A stretch of DNA of 61,813 nt, the filler included, from Sphacelaria rigidula (lineage: Eukaryota), in the NCBI GenBank assembly GCA_964200075.2. It is 10 parts of 10 records of this genome, joined end to end, with 100 filler letters (N's around TTAATTAATTAA, not from the genome) between each part and the next. Parts side by side here need not be neighbours in the genome. Positions count along the whole stretch, not along the records: positions 18,577 to 24,667 come from CAXNAA020022291.1; positions 24,768 to 30,858 come from CAXNAA020022292.1; positions 30,959 to 37,049 come from CAXNAA020022293.1; 7 more parts are not named here. One strand, written 5' to 3'. Below the pieces are notes generated by a model. The model searched no databases, was not told the DNA's origin, and worked only from the letters and a program-made list of their open reading frames with translations. This document shows, piece by piece, positions 23,223 through 33,849 of the stretch. The first letter of the stretch is position 1, and every line of letters starts with the position of its first letter. A program made the translations under genes and the position numbers.

Positions 23223-24935
23223 CACCGTGGCTTCTTACACGCCGCAGCCATGGTTTGTCCCATCATAAATCAGGGATTATCTACACAGGGAGTACTTATA
23301 GTGCCCATTTAAGCTGCTCTCTTGGTTAATGAATGAAGACCGCATGGATGTTTTTGCAGGAGCAAGTAGCCCTAGCATGAAAAGTTTGAAACAGCGTTTT
23401 GGGCACTAGCAATTTGGCGTTTTTATGTTTGATCGGTCGATCGATCGATTGATTAATTAATTGTAGCTCATAACTGAGTCTCCAGGGATGTATTCAGCCG
23501 TGGTCATCATCCACATGGTAGACGTGCCCGACATGAAACGACACGTAAACACTCGCTGAAGGAAAATGAAAGAAAAAACGAAAAGATGAAGCAGAAACCA
23601 ACAGTAGACTGAAGAAAAGCGAAAAAATAGAAAAAGTAGAAGAAAAAAAAAAGAAAGGCCGGTGTCTTCAACATTACTTCAGGTGGAAAAGCTCTCGCGC
23701 AACAGCACACGTCTTCACACCCACTCGAGAAAAAAATAGAAGAAACCGTGGAGACGAATCGCCGCTCATCTAGTTCGGCTACACTATTTCGGGCATGAAC
23801 TCTTTACCCATGAAACCCTACGGAAGAGAGGCACGAAACTATGACTTACTTAAACCGGGAAGAACGAACACGAAGATGGAGAGAGATGGGGGGGGGAGAG
23901 AGAGAGGAGATAGGGGAGACTACAGAAGTGATGAAGCCCAAGGATACGAGGCAGCGGAGCAGGAAAAAGTACACACACCAGGGAACACCGCAAGGCCACC
24001 GAATAAGAACAGAATCAAGGGCAAAATCAACAACCGATAGGAAAAAGACAGGGGCACATCACTCTCCATGTCATAGCCCATATTCCCCCATTCATCGGTC
24101 GTCGGGCACAAAGCGGAGCGATTTCTCGGTCCTTTCCATCTTGGATTCCTGGCGAGCTGTTGTTGTCGCGTTGGCGGTAGAGACCTTCCTTTCATGATTA
24201 CGAATAAAATGGCGGTAGAAATGAGGTCTGCACCTGACAACAGTACAGGTGCAGACAGTACAGTGCAGTACTTGTGGTCACTACACCTCGAAGTGATACT
24301 GCGGATATATGCCAAGTCTGTCGTTTCATAGCACGACATGTGGAATCGAACATATAGCAAACAAACGGTAATCCGCGACCACAAAATACCAAGTACACCA
24401 TGCCTTGCAATTCGACTGCATGCGTGCTTGTGGTTCCGGACTTGAATCGTCTTGCGCTCTTATCCCCGCGTGCTGCCAGCCTTGGCTTGTTTGAATCCTC
24501 CTCTCCCCACGGAGAGTCTGCTGCTGCATATATATTACGGATTAATGATTTTCGAATCTCTGACCGCTTTGAATGGGATTTGAATGTCATCCGAGAGTGC
24601 CCAAAACAAACAATCCGAGACTCCATGCCCCTTTTTTGAATCCTCGAGTTTTTCGGGGGGGGGGGGGNNNNNNNNNNNNNNNNNNNNNNNNNNNNNNNNN
24701 NNNNNNNNNNNTTAATTAATTAANNNNNNNNNNNNNNNNNNNNNNNNNNNNNNNNNNNNNNNNNNNNGGCGGGTGTGCCCACATATACCGAAAGGTGTAG
24801 ACCGGCGCCCAGAATAGATGGGACGACAACACACACTGACAAACACGGAACTAAAGCCTGGAAACGGGGCAGCGAAACAATTTGTTTGGAGTCTTGGCTC
24901 TACAGCCCAAGCACAATTGACGAAACGTAACGTAC

Positions 24936-25074
24936 ATACGCCATCCATAGCTTCAGGTAGCGCTCGTCGTTGCGATAGCGCTCGTCGTCCCGGAAGCGCA
25001 TGGTTCCTTGTGCCAATATTGCCTTACGATGTGCACCTTTCGAGGATTTGTCCATCGCTTGCGTCATCCACTTG
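24936..25074 (-). CDS. BUB1: BUB1/MAD3 N-terminal TPR domain exon
   Basis: aatgcag|c...tat|gtacgt. KWMTQAM...ILAQGTMRFRDDERYRNDERYLKLWMAY matches the Mad3/Bub1 F.D.ERY.ND.RYLKLW signature. BUB1 versus MAD3 cannot be resolved from this fragment. Confidence 0.82.
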
Positions 25075-25428
25075 CTGCATTTGGGGGAAGTCGAGTACGT
25101 CGTGTAATGAGGAGGGGAAGGGCAGGGGTCATTTGTGCATTCATGCCAAAAGATACGATTCACCAAGAAATGAACAGAACGGAAGATGCACAGATGCAAA
25201 GGGGTGTGGGAACGCCAATTGTAGTGCAGAACGACATGCTTCCGTAGCGCGCCGTACAGCACAGCACAACATGGTCCCGCACAGACAGCACAGGGTAGTT
25301 ACAAAGAGGACTACAGTACAGGATACGGTAGAGCGTATCGTAACCGACGAACTGCGAATCCGACGGGCGCCCTACACGACAGTGTGCTGAAATTGTGACT
25401 AGCTTCTACCGATGACCAAGTGACTTAC

Positions 25429-25532
25429 CTTATCCATTCCGCAAGAAGATCATTGGCCTTGTATTGGGGCGCACCATACGATGCACTCTCAGCCATCAGG
25501 CGCCGCGCCCGATCGGTATGTGGATGTACTCT
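25429..25532 (-). CDS. BUB1: BUB1/MAD3 upstream exon (5' boundary uncertain)
   Basis: ...QYKANDLLAEWI then ag|gtaagt donor. Resembles the Y.G.DPL..W motif and is phase-compatible with the exon at 25074. Confidence 0.65.
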
Positions 25533-25965
25533 CTGGTACACTGATAAATTCAAACGGCAAAAATAGATTACGACCTGCGTCGCTCGCGGATGATCATAGA
25601 TAACGACTCCAACAGGGTTCATGAGGGCGATGAATCCACAATCCACAGGAAGAATTCTTAGCTTACACAGGGGACGGCTTGATTATATACGGTGCGATAG
25701 ATGCCCTTGCTTCGAAATACCTTTGCTTTTTTTCAACAAGTAGAGATACAATTATTGACACTCCACCATCAAAGTTGAAATCGTCGTCTTCACCAACGGG
25801 AACTGATTGCATCCGATTTACCACAGTGGCACTCCTGGGTATGCTACGAGTGCGGACAGGTAATTCGCAATAGATTCCGCATTGCTCTTGTGCTTGTGGG
25901 AGGACTGAACAGGAACTGACTGTTCGTCTTCATAACGAAGCGAGTAGAGAGGGTGTACTGAAATA

Positions 25966-26182
25966 ATGGAGGGAGAAGGAGTGTGTGAGTGGGAGCAGCT
26001 ACTCGGTGTTGCCGTACAGCGGAAGGTTCTAATTGAGGGCGGCGGAGATTCTCCCGAGCTTGGCCATCTCGTGTTGTTCAACTGGGAGGGTAAACAAATT
26101 CAATCTGATGGCAAGGCTGGTGGTGCTTTTACAAAGAGGACCGGTGTAACAGCGCGAATCGGAGACGGCGATGAAATCCCAG
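25966..26182 (+). CDS. FKBP-type PPIase/TPR/membrane-anchor protein (FKBP8/FKBP42-like), exon 1
   Basis: ATG at 25966. WEQLLG..VQRKVLIEG.G..PELGHLV...RIGDGDEIP then g|gtacgc donor (phase 1). Confidence 0.85.
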
Positions 26183-27401
26183 GTACGCAGGATAACACTG
26201 CAACATACATCGGGTGTCGGTCTACGCCGTTCGTGCTCTTGATCGATCTGATACATTTTGTGACGCTTCTCGTCCGTTTTTCCCGTTGCCGTGGGTCTGT
26301 TCGCGGCTGCGCACAACAGTGTCAGACTTTTCGTAAGGACGAGCAATCAAACAGCTGTCGCAAATCTCCACAAAAATCGACCACGAACTTGCCCAGGAAA
26401 AGTCGTTCGCCATGTGGACAGCAAACGAAACGAACGATCGCACAACAAACGGCTGGTACTTTCAGGCAGTCCTGTGCATTTCATCCGCAATTTTTGGTTG
26501 AAAGTGGCGCATGTGCCAACTTGATGTATGCTGCTCTCCGTCCGCCGACCGTAGACGGGTAATCCCAATCCACTGCAAAAAGCAGGGCAGAACACGTATG
26601 ACAACACTCGTCGATTGCTTCAGAACCCCGTCTACAAACCAAGTAGGCTGGAAGGGAAGTTATGCATAGTACATGATGGGCCATTCACCTATGAACATGC
26701 GTAAGGTGACTATCGATAACACTAGAGTTAACCGGCGTCGGGCTACAAATGTTCATGCTTGATATTACTTGATTTGAGTATGTACAGCAAGAATCGGATC
26801 TTCAGTAGGGCTGACAGTCCCGTGTGCTCCTCGCGTGCGCAGAACGCGTTTTCATTCAAATCGGCGCCTGTGGCACCGATTTTGGGTCTACCAAGGCCGC
26901 ATTTTGTCTGGGGAATGCCGTGTAACGCCCTTGCCCGAGGGTTCTCGGTATGCGTTGGGTTTGGGTTTGGGTAGCGATACAGTACCTGTAAAGTTGTGTC
27001 AACCATGAACATTTGTAGCCCAACGCTGGTAAACTAGCCCCATCGATAAGGCCCACTATTATCGAGACTGTTTTTTCGGACATTTCAATTTTAAACGTGT
27101 CGGACTCTGTACTCAGAATTCTCCGACAACGACGTGGTTTGATTTTTTCTCAGCAGGTTCACCATTGGAAAAATCGGGATAATTCGGACTGCAACGCAGC
27201 ATTGCCGATGCCTGCCCTCTGTGTACGCCGTCGCGCTCGCATGCCTTCGAGAGTCATCGAGCACTTTCCAGTCTCGAACAATTCGGATATATCCAAAAAA
27301 CAGTGTCGACAATAATGGGCGGAAGAAGATAGGAATACCTGTGGCATCCTTGGCAGTGACAGTATCACGAGGCCCTACTTCGTGTTTTCCGTTTTGGGCA
27401 G

Positions 27402-28333
27402 GTTTGGAGCTGGCGCTAAGATATATGCGCCCGGGGCAACGATGCATTGTGCGCTGCGAGACAAGGTTTGCGTTTGGACCAGATGGGTGCCCTGCTACGC
27501 AACCAGGAGACGTTGATCTCCCTCCCAACGCAGACATTGAGTTGGTGGTAGAGTTGGTCGAGGTAGTATCCACGACTGCTCCAGCCAACATGACTCCTGC
27601 AGAGAAGTTGGCGGAATACCACCGACGAAAAACTGTTGGAAACGAGCATTTCGCTCGCAGGGCATTCAAGAAGGCGTTTCGTTCGTACGCATCAGTTCTC
27701 CAAACTATTTCGGAGGAGGATTTCCCAAACGACTTGGCTATGGGTAACGAGACGCGCCGCCTGCAGATTGACTGCGGCAACAACGCTGCCATGACGTCCA
27801 TGCGGCTAGGAGACCTTGAGCGAGCCAAAGAGGCCGCTGTGGGCGTGCTAGTACTGGACCCGCTGAATTCGAAAGCGCTGTTTCGTGCAGGGCAGGTGTC
27901 GTCGCTACAAGGAAACTTCTCTGAAGCCAACCTGGCTCTCCAGAAGGCTCTTGATGTTGAACCGAACTCGAGAGAAATTCAGGCTGAGCTCGGCCGCTTG
28001 TCGCGTCGTATTAAAACGTACCGCACAAAGAACGAAGCTTTGCAGAGGAAAATGGGCCATAATTTGTTTTCCAATGGGGAGGGACGAAAGAGTGACTCTT
28101 TGAGAGAAGAAGCGAACGCGCGTGCGCAAGCAAAGAGCGAAAGTGCTCAAGGCAGCGAACAAAATCCACAAGTTAACTTGGCCGGGCGTGAGGATGGCTG
28201 TGCTCCTGCAACAAGGACCCCGGAGCAAGAAAGCTTACACAGCTTCACGTTCGCGCGCTATCAAGTTTTGTTGGCATATGTGATCGTGCCCCTGCTTTCC
28301 TGGAGTATCATGCAAGCCTTCTTTACACGATAA
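27402..28333 (+). CDS. FKBP-TPR-membrane-anchor protein, exon 2 (spliced CDS 1149 nt, 382 aa)
   Basis: ttgggcag|gt. GLELALRYMRPGQRCIV...FAFG...LPPNADIELVVEL (FKBP), KTVGNEHF...NNAAM...DPLNSKALFRAGQ (3 TPRs), hydrophobic tail VLLAYVIVPLLSWSIMQAFF. Confidence 0.92.
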
Positions 28334-28633
28334 CTGCGTCCCCTGTTGCTTGCGTTATTCGTCTAACCACTCAGATGTGTTCATCTGTTGAATCCGCGCC
28401 ACCTTCGCTTGGACAATGAATGTCACACTTACTGAGGCCTCGGCGGATTAAGTATTGTCGGTTATTTGATGCATGAATAACACCCAACAACACCAGAGAA
28501 CAACCGAATAGTTGACCCTTGGCTATATGCAGGTACCAGTTGGATTAATGTCCACACTCAATGGGTGTTGGAAGTTGTTTGATTGCTCGGTGGTGACGCG
28601 TTTTGTATTTAGCGTTTCATGAGTGTTTTTGAA

Positions 28634-28911
28634 CGACGCAGGTGGACGGGTGGAGAACACTGAGGCTTTGAGAAAACTCTGTCGAAGGAACTCGGCAAAA
28701 TGACCCCGTAACTTACGGAAAAGGGGTAAAACCGTGTAGTGCAGCTATGCGTTTTTGGCACAAAATCGGGGGAGACGACTGTTTATTGAAAACACAAGTC
28801 TTTGCTAACTCGTAAGAGGATGTATTGGGACTGATACCTGCCCGGTGCTGGTAGGGTAAGCTTTAATCTCTTGGCGTTTGAGTTAAACTTCAGCAAACGG
28901 CGGGGTAACTA
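28634..28911 (+). pseudogene. rnl: Organellar (probably mitochondrial) LSU rRNA fragment inserted in nuclear DNA
   Basis: 23S-type motifs in the correct order: gaaggaactcggcaaaat..ccgtaactt, cgactgtttatt.aaaacaca, cctgcccggtgctgg, aaacggcgg.gtaact. Truncated at both ends. Confidence 0.85.
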
Positions 28912-29869
28912 AACAAAATCTACGGCAATGTCCACAGATTATTGGGCAAACTGCCGCATGTTGGCAAGCACAGATTATTGCACACGAATTATTGTTCAGT
29001 GCCTCGAAACCTCGGAGCCAAGCTAATCTGTAAAGTGTGCTAGACTCCTGTCTTTGGGGTGATGCAAATTGTCCCAGACGTGTGTTGGCAATTTTCCCTG
29101 TTTGAGGGTCATAAAGTGGGTCGAACGTCCCAAAAGTGAACAATCCGTGAGCCAAAAATCTGTTTGTCATAACATCCGGCCTTACGTCGTCTCATCGACG
29201 GGCAACAGTGATTTATACATTTTTTCTTCATGGTGTCGATGCTGTTATAGTCCTTCATAGACAGGTACATTTTGGTTCTGCAGGGTCAGTGTCTTCTGCG
29301 TCGCTTTGATTATTTATTTTCGGTCGAGTTTTATCCATGTTTGAAGATTGAAATGAGTTCATTTTGCGCAGATATCTCGGACATCTCAGATGGAGGATGG
29401 GGAGAGATTGACGGTTACTTTTTGGTTCAGTAGAATTAGTGTCTTCTGTCTCGTTTCGATCATTTGTTTTCGTTCGGGTTTTGTCGTTGTTTGAAGGTTA
29501 GATGAGTTCATTTTGCGCAGATTTCTCTGACGGAGAATGGATGGGGCTTCACGGTTATCTTTCTTGTCCTACAGGATCATTGTCTTCTGCCTCATTTCGA
29601 TTCCTTTTCGGTCGGGTTTTATCGTCGTCGACGATGTTTGATAGTCCACAGATACCAAAAATAGGAGAACGAGTTATCTCTGGATCATATCTTCGCCTCT
29701 AAGCACTCCTGTATGTGGGCGACGGCTGATGCCGGTAGCAAAATCCTCATTACCCTTTCCCTTGGGAAACCTTCCATTGAGGGGTGGCGCGAAGCTCCAA
29801 AAATCTTGTGTCAAATACAGCAGTTTCAACTGTTATCAGATCCGTTCCCTGTATACAGGTGTCATTTAC

Positions 29870-30150
29870 AAGGGCGGGTGGGGTAGGGTTATTTACTATG
29901 TACCCATTCCCAACGTTTGGGTAGATTGGATGCAGCCTCAAATACTCAACCCAATTTTTGGGCAGATCGGGTACGACCTCAAATATTCGGCCCAATTTTT
30001 GGGTAGATTGGGTATGATCTCAATACTCTACCCAAAAACTGGGTAAGGACTCTCAGCATACCTGGGTGTAGAGTATCACTTGGGTATGACCTCATTACGG
30101 TATGGCCCCAATACTCTGACCAAATTTTTGGCTAGATTGGGTGACACTTT
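29870..30150. repeat. Repeat with recurrent acccaaa/tttgggt motifs (MITE-like)
   Basis: Related sequence at 10640-10710 and 33610-33850. Confidence 0.6.
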
Positions 30151-30958
30151 TTACGATACCCCCCCCCTAAAACCAGCCCAAAACTGTAACGGAAAAAATG
30201 CTCATACAGCACCTGATGTTTGGGTTCACGCGGCATGGAGCGCCGCATACGGCGACACTGGCAAAACCGAACTGTAGCGTGGGAATTCCCAGCTGCTCGT
30301 TGTGCTTGGCTTTTTCCATTTCGATTTACGCCAAGATTTTGCCTTCCCAAATGAGCTACTTGTTTCGGGGGGGGGGGGGAGGGCGTACTCATTTGTTGCT
30401 TGCCTTAGTCATTTGACCATTGGCTACGCATCCGCCCGCCCCGGCGGCCTGATTTCGTGATTCGGTGATGCCGTCCTGATTTGGTGATTTGGCCCTGATT
30501 TGGTGATTTGGTGACGCCGCTCGTAAAAATCTCCGACAACATCGATTCGCGATGCAGTCACCAACTGATGGTCGCACCACACCCGTCTCCCGGATCTCAT
30601 AAACCTCGACTTCAACCCAGACACCATTATTGTCACTTCATCGTGGATGCACTTGCCGTTGTACCTTACTGCTTCTCCCACACTGAACTGACTCACTGGG
30701 TTCATCACACAGGCAATCTTGCATGTCAATGTGTTCTGAAATGACTTCTAGATACTGCACCCGCTATAAACATCTGGGAAAATTCTTCCCGCAGAAAACA
30801 TCGATTCTTCCCTAACACAGAATCGAGCCTTTCCCAAATGAGCTACTTGTTTCGGGGGNNNNNNNNNNNNNNNNNNNNNNNNNNNNNNNNNNNNNNNNNN
30901 NNTTAATTAATTAANNNNNNNNNNNNNNNNNNNNNNNNNNNNNNNNNNNNNNNNNNNN

Positions 30959-31138
30959 AGGGATTGCTGAACCCCTCTCGCGATAAAAATAAAAAAGGCA
31001 AGCACCGCAGAAGGAAGGTGGGTTATTAAAAACAAGTAAAAAATAAAAGCTCCTGTGTTGACCTTGCTGTGTGACCCCGGCTGATACATCCACATACACC
31101 GAAAGGTGTAGATTGGTGCCCAGAATAAATGGGACGAC

Positions 31139-31179
<41 letters not shown>
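30959..31179 (+). mobile_element. SINE family B 3' half with (CA)n tail
   Basis: ggcaagcaccgcagaaggaagg...gggacgacaa(ca)n. Confidence 0.8.
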
Positions 31180-31182
<3 letters not shown>

Positions 31183-31729
31183 TCCACCGCGAGGGTGGGT
31201 CGCGTGCTGAATCGGCATCCATTTCAGTTGGAAAAAGTATGTGCTGACCCTCTGGGACGGGGCCTCGAAGACGATCAATGGGGCTGGGTAAAAATGATTT
31301 GTTTCGCGTTCGTACTACACAGTCGGATCATGTTGCTGGAAAAGCTGCTGTACGCACTCATTTTTTCATTGCGTTTCCTACGTGCTCACCATTTTCCTTG
31401 AACTGTGCGATCATTTTTGAAATAGACGTTCAGAATCATGCGAAGGGGGTATGTACATGCGTTCGAGATGTTCATCATCGAGAGACTCTCGAAGTTGATA
31501 GATGATAGAATGATGAAGGCCAAACATTTATTTCAGGTGCATGTGGCAAAGTATGTGCTGACCCTATTGGGACGGGGCCTCGAAGGCGATCAATGGGGCT
31601 GATCGAAAATGGTTCGTCTCGCGTCCGTACTACACAGTCGGATCATGTTGCTGGAAACGCTGCTGTATACACTCATTTTGCTGTCTTGCGTCGGGGAGTA
31701 GGGTCTCTGGTTGAGTGAACATGTTTCCG

Positions 31730-33270
31730 GTCGTGAAGTGATGCCACCATAACGACCGGTGATGAGTTTCATCAACAAAAAGATATGCTTAGATCGAGGC
31801 ACAGATCTGCGCACAGGTGAAAAATTGCGGTAGTTCTGGAAGCAGCGTTAGCCCGGAAGCTTGTAGTGCTGCGGACAAAACCGACGAGGTAGCACAGCGC
31901 CGATACGTCGAGCCACGAAAACCGACGCATAGACGCCCACATCCCACGCGCATTTTTCAAGCGCTAGCTCGTCTTCTACACAAGACAACCTTTGTTTGAC
32001 GGAACGCCGTCCAGTATATCATTCAAGGCGGTGGCGTGCGTTTCAAATAGCAACCGAAAACGTAGTGTTGCTAACTATTTAGGTATAATACAACAGCTCT
32101 AGCACTCTCTCATGTTTTTACCCTTTACGCCGTAGCCTGAGATGGCAACAAGGAAGGGGCGGCCGCCCGAACAGAACCCGTTTGTGTCACCCAACAAATA
32201 GGGCGCCATGGCATGCACAAGGACAGACTAGAAAGGTTTCAAGCCTTGAAGCAACAGGGGGCTGCGAGACTATCAGCTAGCCTCGCCCAAGCTCAAGCCC
32301 AACATGCGGAAGTGAGGACAAGGGTCGTATCGAAAGTGCCCCCATCACTTTTCAAAAATTCACTTGCGGAGAAGTGATGCCACCACAACGACCAGTGAAG
32401 AGTTTCATCGACAAGCAGTTATGTTGAGATCGAAGCCCAGATCTGCGCACAAGTATAAGATTCGGCAGTCGGACGTAAACGTTTGTCAAATGTCACTGTA
32501 GTGCAACGGACAAGACGCAACGACATAGCACAGAGCCGACACAACGAGCCCAGATCGACGCATAGACGCCCACCACTCAAGCGCTTGTTCAAGCTGAGCT
32601 CATCATCTACACAAGACAGACTTTGTTTGACGGACAACGGTCCAGCATTGCATGAAAGGCGGGCGAGGCGGTCGCGTGCATATCAAATAGGAACCGTAAA
32701 CGTGGGGTTGCTGGCTGTTTCTACGTATATAACAGCTCTAGCACTCTCTCTCCTGTTTTTACGCTTGATGCCGGACGCTGAGATGCATCCAAAAAAGGGG
32801 CGCCCGCCCGAACCGAACCCATCTCTGTCTCTCAACAAAGAACGACGCCATGCCTTGTACGAGGACAGACTAGAAAGGCTTCAAACTTTGGAGGAACAGC
32901 GGGCTGCGAGACTATCAACAAGCCTCGCCCAAGCTCAAGCCCAACGTGACCTCGACATGAAGGCAAGAGTTGGATCCGACGCGCGCCATACTGAAGCTCG
33001 ATCCGCATCAAAATCCAAGCGTGAGTCCCGACGTGACGCCAATCTGAAGAGGAAAGCGCGCAACGCGGCCGGTCTTGCGGCGGGTCGTGCACGCAAGCTC
33101 CGCGACGGGGGGTGACCGGCTGAATCGGCATCAATTTTCACTTGAAAAAAATAATGCGTGATCCAGATGGACTACCCGCTTCGCGGTCTGAGGGTTAAAA
33201 AGGGCCCTCACAGCTCTAGCACTCTCTCTCCTTCACGCCGGCGGCTCAGATGCCGCCAAAGAAGGCGAGT
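31730..33270 (+). repeat. Tandem ~640-bp duplication plus a third partial copy
   Basis: gaagtgatgccacca.aacgacc at 31735 and 32371. acagctctagcactctctc at ~32093, ~32732 and ~33210. Confidence 0.85.
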
Positions 33271-33849
33271 TCCATCGTTCTTCATTGAAGGCGTCTCTCT
33301 TCTATCCCTCTTCCAATACATTCCATTACAATGTTAGAAAGGATAGGAAAATTGGAAGCGCGATGCCAAGCAGAGCGATCAATAATAATAGTGAAAGAAG
33401 AAAAATATGTTGTATGCATGTTTATTCTGTGCTCATTGTAATTTTGAACCCAGAGAACGTACGGTAGCAGTTGATTTGATGGATTGATTGATCGTCGCAC
33501 TTTAACTTGATCCCTTAGGTATCCAGCCGTAGTCACATGATAGACGTATCCGAGATGAAACAAAATGGAAAAAACTCGCTCAAGAAAAGTGAACGATACA
33601 GAATGAATGCGTACTACCCAAATTGAAGCCCCCCCTCTTCTCCGGTTTAATCTGCGGTTCAAGGGTTGCAAGGGCAGGTGTGCTAGGGTATACGAAATAC
33701 TCGGTATGCTTTTTTTAAGTCATACTTTTCGTACCCAAAATTTGGGAAGGGTACTTGAGATCGCACCCAATCCACCCAAAATTTGGGTGGAGTGTATGAG
33801 GTCATACTCAATTTACCCATTTTTTGGTTAGAGTATTGAGGTCGTACCC

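Noticed and set aside
27221..27401. N-terminal 60 aa of the 370-aa ORF as the true FKBP start
   Set aside because: This stretch is intronic. The FKBP N-half is supplied by exon 25966-26182 through canonical splice sites.
27091..27930. 279-aa minus-strand ORF
   Set aside because: Antisense shadow of the FKBP-TPR exon with no recognisable domain.
28634..28911. Functional rRNA gene or bacterial contaminant contig
   Set aside because: Only ~280 bp, truncated, and adjacent to a spliced nuclear gene.
28883..29170. Phage-type RNA polymerase fragment next to the rRNA insert
   Set aside because: Only a vague resemblance with no diagnostic motif, so it cannot be supported without a search.
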